A stretch of 40,762 bases of DNA from Burkholderiales bacterium (GCA_919902235.1 CAKKQX010000017.1:1-40762); one strand, 5' to 3'. Positions 7,993-18,565 are shown, counted from the first letter of the stretch. Program-made: numbers and translations. The notes: generated by a model from the letters alone, not told the origin.

Positions 7993-8125
7993 GCTTCAAT
8001 ATGCGACGCTCAGTTGCCGACTGATCCGTACACCCCCGGCTTTGATCGCCAGATGAAGACGTCACTTGAACGCGCTGAAGAAAGCGACCGCGCTGTGAGA
8101 ATTGCACTTACAAAATACGAGGCTC

Positions 8126-8524
8126 CTACCTCACCGCGTCGATGACCTTGGCGGCGCTTCCGTCGCTATCGCCTATCGCCTTCATCAGCTCGGCCAGCCG
8201 GTCCACGCGCCGGTCCTTCATCTTCTCCGAATCCACCCGTGCCTGCAATCCAACGGCCACTTTGGCGGCGTCGTTCTTGGCTTCCACGACGCGCACCGCC
8301 GTGCGCGGGTCGCCCTCCGGCACCGGCATCGCCAACACGGTGTGCAGATGGTCGAGGCCCATGTTCGCCAGCGCGGCGACCTTCTTGGGCTGATCGAGGC
8401 CGGAGAACTCGGCCGGCGTCAAAGCCGCGGGCGCGAGCGGACGCACGGCGGGGAGCTTAGGCGCGTCGATCTCGCCGTTCCAATCACTGGCCGGTTGCGC
8501 GCGGCGGATGGCGTAGTTGCTCAT
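8126..8524 (-). CDS. Hypothetical late protein (helical)
   Basis: 132 aa; last gene of the late unit; strong GC3 bias. Confidence 0.6.
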   Translation of the reverse strand: MSNYAIRRAQPASDWNGEIDAPKLPAVRPLAPAALTPAEFSGLDQPKKVAALANMGLDHLHTVLAMPVPEGDPRTAVRVVEAKNDAAKVAVGLQARVDSEKMKDRRVDRLAELMKAIGDSDGSAAKVIDAVR

Positions 8525-8539
8525 GGCGCCACTCGAAAC

Positions 8540-8842
8540 TTACGCCGCCTTTTTCGCGGCGCGGCGTTCGTTCTCGCGCACGGCATCCGCAGCAAGCCAC
8601 GAGGCATTCCAGCGCCGCTTTTTCTTCTCGCGTCGATATGCTGCCGTGGCGCGACCATCGCGCCAAATGCGATATTCGATATAGACCTTCCGACGGTCTG
8701 CTGGGTAGGTGACGGCGCGGAATTGTACGCGATGCACCAGCCCGCAATCGCAGCAAGCGAGCCGGTGCAGTTTCATGTGCGGCTGCTGCCACCTACGCTC
8801 TACGTCTATGATCGGCTGGTATTTGCTTTTCCCGGCCGCCAT
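8540..8842 (-). CDS. Hypothetical protein with CCDC..H motif
   Basis: LACCDCGLVH; TGATG-coupled to the upstream gene. Confidence 0.55.
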   Translation of the reverse strand: MAAGKSKYQPIIDVERRWQQPHMKLHRLACCDCGLVHRVQFRAVTYPADRRKVYIEYRIWRDGRATAAYRREKKKRRWNASWLAADAVRENERRAAKKAA

Positions 8843-11568
8843 CAGCGCGCCTCCGGCGACATCTCACCCTGCGGGCGCGGCTTGCGCTTTTCGGCGAACG
8901 CCGTGCCGCCGCTGCGCATGAGGTAATGCACGGCCTCGCGCGTGGCCTTGGCCTTCGGGCCGCCCTCGCGCAGGCCCTGGGCGATCACCCGCGCGGTCGT
9001 GGGGCTGGACAGGATGGCGTTGGTCAGCCACGCCACGCCAGCAACCTTGAGCGCCAGCGCCCCGCCCGCGAGCGCGCCGGGCACGCCGCCGGTGATGGCG
9101 CCGAACGGCAGCGCGGCCTTGACCGCGCCCGCCGCCAGCCCTGCCGACATGTCGGAGCCTTTTTCCGGGAACAGAAAATTCGCGTTCTTAGCGATCAACC
9201 GCACGTCGTCGTCCAAGCCACCGGGCATCAGCATCCGCTGCTGCGCCATCGAGTAGGGCTTGAGCGCGTCCATCAGCGTGTTGCCCTTGATCGTCTTGCC
9301 CGCGCCGCTGGCCGTGGGCTTGACCGAGGCGTGCAGGATGTCTTTCAGGAACTGCTGGCGCACCAGTTGGATTTCCGGGGAGTTCTCGCCGAAGAACTTG
9401 AGCGCCTGCGCCAGGCGCGCTTCCTGCCCCGGCCGCGCGAGGAAGCCCACCGCGCCGTCCTGCATCTTGCCGGGCTTCGACAGCGCGGCGATGAAATTGT
9501 CCTTGAGGAATCCGTCGAGCTTCGTCTGCGCCGCTTCCAGCCCGCGCATGGTCTGCCCGAACGTGTCGGGCTTGAGCTGCGACGCCGGGATTTTCCCGCC
9601 GCGCGCGGCCACCCGCTCGCTCCACCCCGTCAGGTCGCGGGCGATGGCGGGGCCGTAGGTGATGTCCAGCAGCCCGCGGCGCTCGGCGATGGCGTTGGCG
9701 AGCTTGCGCGCGTCCACCTGCCGCGTGGCGGGCTCGATCGCTTCGCGCAGGATGTTGTCGAAATCGGCGGTGGCGACGCGCCGCCAGACCTGCGCCCCAA
9801 CCATGTTGCGCAGCTCGCGGGCACGGGCCGTGTATTCCGGCTTGAGCACCTGCGAGGCGATGACGCCCGGATCGGGGGCCATGCCGCCGCGCGCCTGCTG
9901 CACCAGCCGGTTCACCGTGGCGTCCTCGAATTTCTTGATGCCCTCGGCATAGAATTTGTCGGCGGTGCGCAGCATGTTGACGGCCGGGGCGGCGCGCGGG
10001 TCGCGCGCGGCCAGCGAGAAAGCCGCATTCACGGCGTCGCGCAGGCGGCCGAACTCGCGCTTGGGAATGCCCGGCGTCAGGTCGGGCGACAGCGCCATCT
10101 CGCCCAGGAGCGTGCGGATGCGCTGCGCGTCGGCGAAGGTCACGCGGTCGTCCAGCTTGGCGAGGTTCTGGATGGTCTGCATCACCTTGGCGTCGCCGAA
10201 GATGGGCTGGCCCTCGGCGGATTTCGGCATGGCGCGCAGCAGGTTTCCGGCCTCACGCATGATCGGCCCCGTGGGCACGACCGGCTCGCCGCCCGCGAGC
10301 TGATCCACGCGGCTGTAGATTTTGGAGGCCGTTCGGCCGAACTCGCTGCGCGCGGTCGAAACGGCATCGGCGACGCCAGCGCCAAGATCCCCCGCTGGAG
10401 CGCGACGTGGGATGGCTTGGAGCCGCTGTAGATCGCTGGCGATGCGCTTGTCGGCCTCGGCCGCTAGGCGCTGCACCTCGCCTTCCATCTGCTTGGCGAC
10501 GGCAACCGTACGCTGGCCCACGGCGGCATCGACCGCGCGGCTGCTGGTGGCCGCGCCGGTCTCGAACACCTCGCGCGCGGCCTGCTCGAGCTGCGGCCCC
10601 CGCAGGCCGGAAGCCTCAAGCACCTCGCGCGCCTGCTTTTCCATCGCCTGGACGTTGCGCTTCTCGATCTGCGAGCCGAACAGCTTCTCGCCGAACGCCT
10701 GGTGCCACTGCATCGCCTTGGCCTCCGGGGCCGAGGACGAGATCGGCGGCACGCCGCCGTAGCGGGCGGTCTGCATGGTGGTCTCGGCGGCTTCCGGCGT
10801 GGTGCCGGACAGGTAGCGCCGCCATCCCTGGACGGCGGCGCGCGGTGCCGAGGAGATGGCCCCCCCCACGGCCTGCCCGGCTCCGGCGCCCAGGCCCGTC
10901 ACGCCCACGTCGAGCGCCGTCTCGCTGGGCGTTTTCTCGAATCGCCCGCGCGCCATCTTGTAAAGCTCGGTGATGCCCTTGCCGGCCGCGCCGCCGACCA
11001 TCGCGCCGGGAATGCCGCCCACGGCCGCGCCGCCGGCCGCGCCCACGGCGGTCGGAGCGTCGGCCTGGAGGTAGGCCATGGCGTTGCGCATGAACCCGGC
11101 GGTGCCGGGCGCGACCAGCTTGCCGTCCGGCGTCTTGACGTAGAACGTGCCGCCCTTGTCCTGGAACACGTTCTCGTTACCGTATTGCTGCGCCAGGTAC
11201 TTGCGCTCCTCCTTGGGAGAGCTGGCCTGGAGCAGCGCCACGGCGTCGTTGTAGTTGGTGCCGGTCTTGTAATCCACGCGGGGGTCGCGACCCTTAAACT
11301 CGTCCACGGTCTTGACCGGGCCCATCAACCCCTTGGCTCCGCTGCGGCCCATTTCCACGGGCTTTTCGCCCATTGGCACGTCCTGGGCGATGGGCTGGTC
11401 CGAGCCCACCGGGGCGGCCTGCGTCGATCCTAGGGCAGCCTGGGAGGGCTGCGGAGCGTCCAGCACGAAGCCGGAAGGGGGCGCGGGAAAGCCCTGGGGC
11501 GGCCGGGGGCGATTCTGGACGGGCTTGTCCAGGACGAACCCCGGGGGCGGCGCGACGGAGGCGGTCAT
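8842..11568 (-). CDS. Large internal virion (DNA ejection) protein
   Basis: 908 aa, Ala/Gly-rich and helical; PPPGFVLD N-terminal repeats; third of three podoviral ejection-type genes. Confidence 0.7.
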   Translation of the reverse strand: MTASVAPPPGFVLDKPVQNRPRPPQGFPAPPSGFVLDAPQPSQAALGSTQAAPVGSDQPIAQDVPMGEKPVEMGRSGAKGLMGPVKTVDEFKGRDPRVDYKTGTNYNDAVALLQASSPKEERKYLAQQYGNENVFQDKGGTFYVKTPDGKLVAPGTAGFMRNAMAYLQADAPTAVGAAGGAAVGGIPGAMVGGAAGKGITELYKMARGRFEKTPSETALDVGVTGLGAGAGQAVGGAISSAPRAAVQGWRRYLSGTTPEAAETTMQTARYGGVPPISSSAPEAKAMQWHQAFGEKLFGSQIEKRNVQAMEKQAREVLEASGLRGPQLEQAAREVFETGAATSSRAVDAAVGQRTVAVAKQMEGEVQRLAAEADKRIASDLQRLQAIPRRAPAGDLGAGVADAVSTARSEFGRTASKIYSRVDQLAGGEPVVPTGPIMREAGNLLRAMPKSAEGQPIFGDAKVMQTIQNLAKLDDRVTFADAQRIRTLLGEMALSPDLTPGIPKREFGRLRDAVNAAFSLAARDPRAAPAVNMLRTADKFYAEGIKKFEDATVNRLVQQARGGMAPDPGVIASQVLKPEYTARARELRNMVGAQVWRRVATADFDNILREAIEPATRQVDARKLANAIAERRGLLDITYGPAIARDLTGWSERVAARGGKIPASQLKPDTFGQTMRGLEAAQTKLDGFLKDNFIAALSKPGKMQDGAVGFLARPGQEARLAQALKFFGENSPEIQLVRQQFLKDILHASVKPTASGAGKTIKGNTLMDALKPYSMAQQRMLMPGGLDDDVRLIAKNANFLFPEKGSDMSAGLAAGAVKAALPFGAITGGVPGALAGGALALKVAGVAWLTNAILSSPTTARVIAQGLREGGPKAKATREAVHYLMRSGGTAFAEKRKPRPQGEMSPEAR

Positions 11569-12878
11569 TGCTTAACGGGAAGCCACGCCTTCCCGTCCCA
11601 CTCCACTTGCTCGCCGGTCTCGGGGTTGGTCGCGGTCGTCCGTTCAGCCCCACCCTCGGCCATCATCGCCTTCAACTGCTTCGACATGTTGCCCAGCGCC
11701 GCCGACACGTCCTCCTGGCTATCCAGGGCGTCGAGGGCGGGCATCAGGCGCTCGAACTCCGTCCGCGCGTTCTTGCTGAAATATTTCGACTTGTAGACCT
11801 GGTTCTTGAGGTTGGTCTGGAGCGCGATGATCCGGTTGCGGAAGTCGGCGATGGACTTGTCGCCTTCCCACAGGCCGGTCTGGCTGCCAACCGAGCCGAT
11901 GACGCGCCTGGCGCCGCCCTTCAGGCCCACCAGCGACGGGTCTTGGCCGACCAGCGCGGCCAGCTCGTCAGCCTCCTCGGAAAGGCGGCCCATGGGCGCG
12001 ACCTCGGCCTCGCGCTTGGTGCGGTCCTTCTCGCCGCGCATCTTCAGCGCGTCGCGCTGGCGCTGTTCCGCCGTGCGCCGCAGTTCCAGGCTTTCCGCGC
12101 CGTGCTTCTCGCGCAAGGCCCGGTTTTCTTCCGCCGATTTCTCGCGAATGCCGGCGACATCGCGCGCCGTCTCGGCGCGCAACGTTCCCATGTCGCGCAT
12201 CACGCCCTCGCGCGAGGTCATCGCGTCGCGCTGCACCTGATTGCGCGCTTCGGCGATCTGGCGCTGGTTCTCAAGCTGCTGCTGCTTCATGTCCTGCATC
12301 ATCCCCGCCCGAAGCGCCAGCATTTCCATCTGCGCCTGCCGCCCCATCGCCGGCATCACTTTTTCGAGGGCGAAGTACAGCGAGCGGTCGTCCATGGCCG
12401 GGTTCTGTGCCCTGATGCGCTGGGCGATCTGATGCAAATCGTCCATGAAATTCGGAACCCCCGCCGTGGGGTTCGGCGCGCCGGCGGGGTTTTGCCGTGG
12501 CAACGCGCCGCCGGCGGGGGCTCCTGCTCCCGAGCCTGGGGGGAGGCCGGGCATTCCTTGCTGCTGCTGCGGCGGCCGCGCCCAGGGAATGATTGGCGTG
12601 GGCGCTCCCGACTGCTGCATGGGCAGCGACGGCTGGCCGGGCGCCGGCGGCTGGGGGCCCATGGGCGGATAGGGCTGCGCGCCGGGCACCATCGGAGAGC
12701 CGAAGTAGCCCCCCAAGGCGGCCTCGCCGCCGCGCCGGACTTCCGCATCGGCCATCGCCTCGCGCGCGCGGGCCATTTCGAGCATCCGCGCCTGTTGGAT
12801 TTGCCGCGCGTCCACGCCCCCGCTATAGCCGCGCGGGACGGCGCTGGAGAAGGCGGCGAGCGCGCCGAGGTCCATCAC
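11565..12878 (-). CDS. Internal virion (ejection) protein
   Basis: 437 aa; Pro/Gln-rich then coiled-coil; C-terminal TATNPETGEQVEWDGKAW motif. Confidence 0.65.
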   Translation of the reverse strand: MMDLGALAAFSSAVPRGYSGGVDARQIQQARMLEMARAREAMADAEVRRGGEAALGGYFGSPMVPGAQPYPPMGPQPPAPGQPSLPMQQSGAPTPIIPWARPPQQQQGMPGLPPGSGAGAPAGGALPRQNPAGAPNPTAGVPNFMDDLHQIAQRIRAQNPAMDDRSLYFALEKVMPAMGRQAQMEMLALRAGMMQDMKQQQLENQRQIAEARNQVQRDAMTSREGVMRDMGTLRAETARDVAGIREKSAEENRALREKHGAESLELRRTAEQRQRDALKMRGEKDRTKREAEVAPMGRLSEEADELAALVGQDPSLVGLKGGARRVIGSVGSQTGLWEGDKSIADFRNRIIALQTNLKNQVYKSKYFSKNARTEFERLMPALDALDSQEDVSAALGNMSKQLKAMMAEGGAERTTATNPETGEQVEWDGKAWLPVKQ

Positions 12879-13870
12879 GAGAATCCGAAGCTGGACGGCA
12901 TGCCGAACAGGCTATTCCAGTCGAAATTGCTATCCCCGAACGCGCCCGACAGTCCGGCGAGGGATTGGCCGAAGCCCTGGCCCATCGCCTGGAGATTGCC
13001 GAACTGCTGCTGTGCCGCGTTCTGGCCGAGGTAGTTCTGCGCTTGCCCCTGGCCGGTGTACTGGCCGTAATTGCCGAATGCCTGCTGCGGCAACGCCCAG
13101 GTCTGCTGCCCGGCCTGGTTGAGCGCCGACAAGCCGGACAGGTTGTTCTGGATTTGACCGGCATAGGTGTTGTACGGGGCCGCGGCGCCGCTGGCGTAGG
13201 TGTTCATCGCGCCCTGGCCGAGGCCGCCGGCGCGGTCGAAGGCATTTCCCGCCGTGCCGGTCAGGCCACCGTAGCCGTAGGCCCCGGAAATCTGCCGGTT
13301 CAACTGCTGGTTCTGCCAGTCGATGTTGAAGTCCGAAAGCGTCTTGCCCATGACGCCCGCGCCGTAGGGCGTCTGCGCGATGCCCTGGTTCGCCATCCAC
13401 GCGGCGGTCTGGTCCTGCACCTGCTGCTGCGTGCGGCCGTAGAGCGCGGACTGCGGGTCGAAGGCGGTTTGGGCGATCTGGTTCGCCATCGGCGCCGCGC
13501 CCTGGCCCAGGCCGTAGAGCGCGCCGGCACCGCCCATCTGATAGCCAGCGACCTGCGGAGCGATCTGCGATCCCTGCACGGCGCCCTGGCGCGCGAGGGC
13601 GGCGTATCCGAACGGATCGCCCGTCAGGTCGCCGACCTGCTGCTGGAACTGGCCGTAATTCTGCGCGGGGTAATTCTGGACGGGATAGGCGCCCGCGGCG
13701 TTGTAGTATTGGTCCATCAACCCGCGATATTGGTTGAAGTCCTGCTGCTGCATGCCGGCGCCAGGCGTCCACACGGGCGGCGGGTTGGGCGATTGCTCGC
13801 CCGAATCGCCGAACAGCATGTTCGCGCCCGAGATGACCGCCGGGATCGCCGCAGCCGCCACGCCGACCAC
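12875..13870 (-). CDS. Internal virion/DNA pilot protein
   Basis: 331 aa; Gln/Gly/Ala/Asn-rich; AAAIPAVISGANMLFG start typical of pilot proteins; follows the GNAT gene. Confidence 0.65.
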   Translation of the reverse strand: MVGVAAAAIPAVISGANMLFGDSGEQSPNPPPVWTPGAGMQQQDFNQYRGLMDQYYNAAGAYPVQNYPAQNYGQFQQQVGDLTGDPFGYAALARQGAVQGSQIAPQVAGYQMGGAGALYGLGQGAAPMANQIAQTAFDPQSALYGRTQQQVQDQTAAWMANQGIAQTPYGAGVMGKTLSDFNIDWQNQQLNRQISGAYGYGGLTGTAGNAFDRAGGLGQGAMNTYASGAAAPYNTYAGQIQNNLSGLSALNQAGQQTWALPQQAFGNYGQYTGQGQAQNYLGQNAAQQQFGNLQAMGQGFGQSLAGLSGAFGDSNFDWNSLFGMPSSFGFS

Positions 13871-14386
13871 TTAAACCTCCACGAGCTTCCAGTAAGCGGT
13901 TTCCACGGGCTTGTAGCCCAGCCGCTCGAACATCCTGCCTATGGTAGTCTTGCCGCTGGCGGATTGCAATTTCGCGCGCAGGTGCAGCTTCTCGGCCAGG
14001 GAAATTCTGACCATCTTGCGCCCCCGTTCCTTCGCCACCTGGGCCAGCGCCTTCTCGGCCAGCCGGAACAGGGTGTAGCCGGTCAGGCCGCGCCGCATGC
14101 CGGGCCGCAGGTAGAACACGTCGCAGGTCGCGTGCAGCAGGGTCTTGTAGTGGATGTGGTCGTTCAAGAAGAACCAGACGTACCCGGCGAGCGCGCCGTC
14201 GACGCGGCAGACGAAAGCCTTGAACACGCCGATGCGCTCAAGCTGCTGGTATAGCGCCCAATCCGGGTTGAGCGGGACGCGGCCCTTGTCGAGCGCGACT
14301 TCCCACCAATGCTCTATAGCGATGTCCTCAAGATCGTCGGCCAGGAGGCGCGAGATGCTCTCCCAACCGTAGCTCGTCTCGGGCAA
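13871..14386 (-). CDS. GNAT-like acetyltransferase
   Basis: DGALAGY, DVFYLRPGMRRGLTG and MFERLGYKPVE motifs; usual podoviral position before the ejection proteins. Confidence 0.7.
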   Translation of the reverse strand: MPETSYGWESISRLLADDLEDIAIEHWWEVALDKGRVPLNPDWALYQQLERIGVFKAFVCRVDGALAGYVWFFLNDHIHYKTLLHATCDVFYLRPGMRRGLTGYTLFRLAEKALAQVAKERGRKMVRISLAEKLHLRAKLQSASGKTTIGRMFERLGYKPVETAYWKLVEV

Positions 14387-14388
14387 GC

Positions 14389-14589
14389 CTAGGCGTCGCG
14401 CGGGCCGAGCGTTTTCGGCGACGCAGACGTGCCGGAGCGGATCGCGCCCTCGTTGATGTTGTTCGGCCCCATCTTCATCGAACTGTCGTGACCGGGCGGA
14501 TTGTGGCGCTTCATGCCCGCGTGCAGGTTCGCCATCTTGGTCATCTTGCCGGTGGCGTTCGCGCGGGGCTTCTCGACAGGGTTCTTCAT
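14389..14589 (-). CDS. Small hypothetical virion-region protein
   Basis: 66 aa; AAGGAG RBS. Confidence 0.6.
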   Translation of the reverse strand: MKNPVEKPRANATGKMTKMANLHAGMKRHNPPGHDSSMKMGPNNINEGAIRSGTSASPKTLGPRDA

Positions 14590-14616
14590 CGTCGTCTCCT
14601 TTGCACGGATGCGCGC

Positions 14617-14644
14617 AGTATAGGCCGAAGCCGGGTTATTTCAA
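14617..14644 (-). promoter_or_regulatory. Candidate sigma70 promoter for the ejection-protein cluster
   Basis: TTGAAA(14644-39)-16-TATACT(14622-17) on the minus strand. Confidence 0.4.
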
Positions 14645-15016
14645 CGTCGCGCGCAGGGCGGCGATGTCGGCGTCCAGCTTGGCCAGGACGCCCCCCTCCT
14701 TGCCGAGCGCGGCGGCGCGCATCAGATCGGGCGTCTGCTTGGCAAGCAATGCGTCGATTTTGACCTGCACGGCGACGTTGGCTTTGAACACGGCCATGTC
14801 GAATTTGGCGATCACGGTCCGGGCCGCGCGCGCTGCGGCCATAGCGCCGCCCTGCTTCATTGCTTCGGCAAAATCAGGATACTTGGCCTCCCACGCTTTA
14901 ATATTGGCCTCGGATGCATCAAGAATTTGAGCAAGCTCTTCCCGCGTAGCGCCAAGCAGCATTACGCCGCGCGCTATGTTGGGGGTATCGTCAGTGTAAA
15001 AGCCAGTGCGCTTCAT
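14636..15016 (-). CDS. HTH protein resembling a terminase small subunit N-terminus, with a fibre-associated-type C-terminus
   Basis: LLGATREELAQILDASEANIKAWEAKYPDFAEAMKQG (TerS-type HTH) followed by IDALLAKQTPDLMRAAALG...LDADIAALRATL. Confidence 0.5.
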   Translation of the reverse strand: MKRTGFYTDDTPNIARGVMLLGATREELAQILDASEANIKAWEAKYPDFAEAMKQGGAMAAARAARTVIAKFDMAVFKANVAVQVKIDALLAKQTPDLMRAAALGKEGGVLAKLDADIAALRATLK

Positions 15017-15106
15017 GGTCCTGGTGTAGCCGATGCCCCAGGAGAGGCCCCGTTATTCGCGGCGTTGCCGGATTTGCTCACATAAAAAGTTGCCGTGTTG
15101 ATCTCC

Positions 15107-17146
15107 CTACCTTGTGCACCAATACGCAACGACGGCGGTTCCGGTCGGCGTGCTGGTTTTCGTCCAGTTGAGCGTGAAGCCGTCGGCATCCATGGATTGC
15201 ACGGTCGCGGTTTGGTAAGCCGTGGTGCTGGTGCCGACTTTGATGGCGTAGGATGCCGACGCCTGCGTAAGCCCCGCACCCGCGTCGCCGATAGTCAGCG
15301 AAATGTTGGTCGTGACATCGGACGCGCCGAAGCCGCCGACGTTGGACGACACGCCGTCGAAAAACACACAAACCGCAGGGGCAAACCCAACGCCCGTGAC
15401 CGCTTGGGTTCCGCTGGCCGTGGTCAGGTCGCGCGTCGCGAAAGAGATTTTGTTTTTCGTCGCTCCGCCGACGGTGGCGATGATCGCCGCCGCTTGCGTG
15501 GCGGTGAGATCGGCGGGCGCGCCCGTACCCGCTCCGCTGGCCCGGCCCTTGATCGTCGTTTGGGCCATGTCGGACATGGAAATAGTGCCGGTCGCCACAA
15601 TCGGCGACGGCGAAGCGGTGAGGCCGGTGCCGGCGGCGACGCTGGTGACCGTGCCGCTGCCCGCCGCCGTGGTCCACGACGGATTCGCGCCAGCTCCGGC
15701 CGTCGTCAGCACTTGTCCGTTCGTGCCGGGGGCGAGCGCCGTCCAGGTCGAGGCGTCGCGATAGATGACCGCGCCTTGCGTGGTGGTGATCGGAGTGAAG
15801 TACGGGTCGAGGCCGGTGAGCCCCATGAAGAACTCGCCGGTAGCGCCGGGGCCGGTCGAACTGATGGCGGCGGCGCCGTTCCCCAAAAGCACCGATCGAT
15901 CAATGAATGAAGTCTGCCCGGTGCCTCCAAATCGAATTGGAGAGATGCCCAGCGCCCATCGCGTCGCGCCATTGGAGGTATAGCACACACTAGCGAACGC
16001 GGTGCTGATAGTCTGATTCGAGGAACTGCCGTTGATCGTATCGCCGCCAGTGACTGCAATGGCCAAAGGCGCGGAGGTGGTGAGAACTCCAGCGCTATCG
16101 TAAATGCAAACGGACTGCCCAGCATTCACCGAATTTGCCGCTGCCAACGTCCATGTGCGGGTTGGCGTCAAAGCCACGCTCGTAATAACCGTGCGATCCG
16201 TGGGAAGAATTTGGTAATTGACATCGCCCAACGTGGTCATCTGGTCGATATTCAGGCCCGCCGACGAGCGGGCGCCGGCCGCCGTGGTGTTCGCCGTGCC
16301 GCCGCCCGATAGGCCGAGGGTCAGAAAATCCGGGTCAACCGACGCGCCAAGCGACACTAGCGGCTTGCCCGCCGTGCCAGGCCCGGTGCTGCTGATCGCC
16401 GACGCGCCTTGGCCGAGCAACACGGCATGGTTCGTGTTCGCGATCTGTCCGGTGCCGCCGTAGGGAACCGTGAGCGGAGCGGCCACGTCGGCTGTAAACG
16501 CGCACGCGCCCGACGTGCACGGACTGCCGCCGATGGACAGCGTGGCGTTCGTGCTGCTGATCGTGACGCCGGTAAGCGTTCCCTCGGTCGAGGTGATGGT
16601 CGTGCCGGAAATGGCGAGACCGGCTCCAAGAGTGATTTCCTGCGGGGGGCCGCTGCTGGCCGTGCCGCGCCCCAGCAGCCGCGAAGCCGTCACGTCCTGG
16701 ATTTTGGCGTAGGTCACGGCGGCGTCGATGATTCCGGTCGTCGTGATAGCGTCCGTGGCGACCTTGGCCTGCGTCACCGCCGCGGCCTGGATGTTCGTGG
16801 TGCTGACGCTGTTCGCGCCCAGCGGCCCCAGATCGAACGCGCAATTTCCGCTGACGCAGGGCGACCCGCCCACCGAGAGCGTGCCGTCCGTGCTGCTAAT
16901 CGTGACGCCGGTAACGTCCGCGCCGCTCCCGCACACCTGGAAACTCGGATCGCTCGCGCCGCCGTTCGAGGTCAGGCACCAGCCCGCCGTGCCGGGAGCC
17001 GCGCCGCGATAGCCGACGACGCCGGGACCGGGCGAGATTAGGACAGAACGATTGGTGACGACGCCGGGGTTGGTCTGTGCCAGGGCGCCGACGATGCCCG
17101 CGCACAGGATCGCGGTCGCGACGAGAAGGCGTTGCCACGGCTTCAT
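15107..17146 (-). CDS. Tail fibre-like protein with N-terminal signal peptide
   Basis: 679 aa, Thr/Ser/Gly/Ala-rich; GGTG and [13 protein letters not shown] fibre repeats; [23 protein letters not shown]|Q signal. Confidence 0.75.
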   Translation of the reverse strand: MKPWQRLLVATAILCAGIVGALAQTNPGVVTNRSVLISPGPGVVGYRGAAPGTAGWCLTSNGGASDPSFQVCGSGADVTGVTISSTDGTLSVGGSPCVSGNCAFDLGPLGANSVSTTNIQAAAVTQAKVATDAITTTGIIDAAVTYAKIQDVTASRLLGRGTASSGPPQEITLGAGLAISGTTITSTEGTLTGVTISSTNATLSIGGSPCTSGACAFTADVAAPLTVPYGGTGQIANTNHAVLLGQGASAISSTGPGTAGKPLVSLGASVDPDFLTLGLSGGGTANTTAAGARSSAGLNIDQMTTLGDVNYQILPTDRTVITSVALTPTRTWTLAAANSVNAGQSVCIYDSAGVLTTSAPLAIAVTGGDTINGSSSNQTISTAFASVCYTSNGATRWALGISPIRFGGTGQTSFIDRSVLLGNGAAAISSTGPGATGEFFMGLTGLDPYFTPITTTQGAVIYRDASTWTALAPGTNGQVLTTAGAGANPSWTTAAGSGTVTSVAAGTGLTASPSPIVATGTISMSDMAQTTIKGRASGAGTGAPADLTATQAAAIIATVGGATKNKISFATRDLTTASGTQAVTGVGFAPAVCVFFDGVSSNVGGFGASDVTTNISLTIGDAGAGLTQASASYAIKVGTSTTAYQTATVQSMDADGFTLNWTKTSTPTGTAVVAYWCTR

Positions 17147-17628
17147 GGAGAAACCTCAACATGCCGCCAAGTGCGTCTGTTCAAAATGCACCACAGCGGC
17201 CCCTGTGTAAGACCAAACATGTAGCGAAGTTCCCTGCCGCCCCACCCTTCTTTTTTCTTGCGGAATATCTCCAAAATATCAGCTTCCGTAACTTTCGCGC
17301 CGACCACCCGGCTCCCCCACCTATGGCGGCGCTTGGCAACTTTATCCGCCACGTTGTCAGCATGCGTTCCGATAAAGAGATGATCCGGGCGCACGCAGGG
17401 AGGATTGTCGCAGCGATGACAGACACAAAGACCATCAGGCACACGCCGCTCGTTTGCCATCTCCCACGCAACCCGGTGGGAAGAAAGCCATCTCTTTTGC
17501 CCGTGTTGGCTTATGGTAAAATTACCCCGGTTCCATTGAGTGCGCGGGCCGCGCCAAATCCAACAGCCATCGGTCTTTTCGACCTTGCTCCAAAATCGTG
17601 CGCGGTCCCTTTCAGTAAGCGCCGTCAT
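17143..17628 (-). CDS. HNH homing endonuclease
   Basis: [49 protein letters not shown]; lower GC; ATGA overlaps on both sides. Confidence 0.9.
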   Translation of the reverse strand: MTALTERDRARFWSKVEKTDGCWIWRGPRTQWNRGNFTISQHGQKRWLSSHRVAWEMANERRVPDGLCVCHRCDNPPCVRPDHLFIGTHADNVADKVAKRRHRWGSRVVGAKVTEADILEIFRKKKEGWGGRELRYMFGLTQGPLWCILNRRTWRHVEVSP

Positions 17629-18059
17629 GTGGTTACCCAACCTGTGCCGTCAGGCCGCGGGCGCAGCGCCAGGGCCGCGCGGTCGCCCGCCACGGCGTAG
17701 CTCGAAAGCCCGTCGATGGTCTCGACTCCGGCCGGGTTGACGGTGATGTTGAAGCTCGACGCCACGCCCTTGCTGTCCTTGAAGATCACCGGGAACATCG
17801 GGCCATAGGCCGCGTACCACGAAGCCGAGGTGGGCAGCGTCGCCGTCGAAGCTCCATTGACCGCGGGCTCGATAAAATAGACGAACACCGGCGCGGCGAC
17901 GGTGAACGCGCCGCTCACGGTGCGGATCGTGCCCTGGAAGATCAGGCTCAGGATGGTGATGAAGAAATCCAGATCGTTGATCTGGTTGATGAGGTTGTTC
18001 AGCGCCGCGCGGTTCTGCGTCAGGTCTTGCGGCCCCGAGATGAGCGGAATGCGCGCCAC
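17625..18059 (-). CDS. Tail-associated structural protein (no signal peptide)
   Basis: TLP...IFKD.KG...[13 protein letters not shown] beta-sandwich motif common in fibre/baseplate proteins. Confidence 0.6.
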   Translation of the reverse strand: MARIPLISGPQDLTQNRAALNNLINQINDLDFFITILSLIFQGTIRTVSGAFTVAAPVFVYFIEPAVNGASTATLPTSASWYAAYGPMFPVIFKDSKGVASSFNITVNPAGVETIDGLSSYAVAGDRAALALRPRPDGTGWVTT

Positions 18060-18063
18060 GACG

Positions 18064-18492
18064 TTATTTCCAGAACAAATTTATCGTGAATACCGAGGCT
18101 GCGGGGATGACCGTGCTGTTGTCGGCCGCGCCCGAGACGACGCAGTAGGCGATGCCCGTGCTGAACGTCTCGCCCCAACCCAGATAGATGTTCGACACGA
18201 CGCCCGTGGTCAGGCTCGGGATCACGAAGCGCGCCTTGGGCGTGTCCGTGCCGCAGGTCGGGGCCGCCGCCTTATCGTAGAGCTTGAGCCATGCCGGGCT
18301 GGAACTGATGCTCGACAGGGACAGGCCATACACCTGGCCGAAGGTCGCCTTGGCGACGCCCGCGTTGTCGCTGGCCGCCGCGATGAAGCTGGTGGTGGAC
18401 AGGCCGCCGGACGTGGGCGGCGGGTTCTGGGCCGCCAGGGGAAGCGCTACGGCCAGCGCCAGGAACAGGCCCGCGACAAAACGACGCAGCAT
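18064..18492 (-). CDS. Signal-peptide-bearing structural-region protein
   Basis: AGGAGG RBS; MLRRFVAGLFLALAVALPLAA|Q; WLKLYDKAAAPTCGTDTP...FSTGIAYCV. Confidence 0.65.
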   Translation of the reverse strand: MLRRFVAGLFLALAVALPLAAQNPPPTSGGLSTTSFIAAASDNAGVAKATFGQVYGLSLSSISSSPAWLKLYDKAAAPTCGTDTPKARFVIPSLTTGVVSNIYLGWGETFSTGIAYCVVSGAADNSTVIPAASVFTINLFWK

Positions 18493-18565
18493 TATCTCAG
18501 CCCTCCTCGATAGCGCGCTCCGGCAGAGCGCGCGCATACTATGCCTAGTCGCAAAAGGGGGCAAC

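Noticed and set aside
7990-8145. Open frame continuing after the TGA of the 7807 ORF (readthrough or selenocysteine)
   Set aside because: No recoding signal recognised, and a ~50-codon open stretch is expected by chance.
8926-14254. Long plus-strand ORFs (501, 553 and 553 aa) and similar ones at 24286, 27892 and 30546
   Set aside because: Antisense shadows of high-GC3 genes, with Arg/Ala/His-rich composition and no motifs or RBS.
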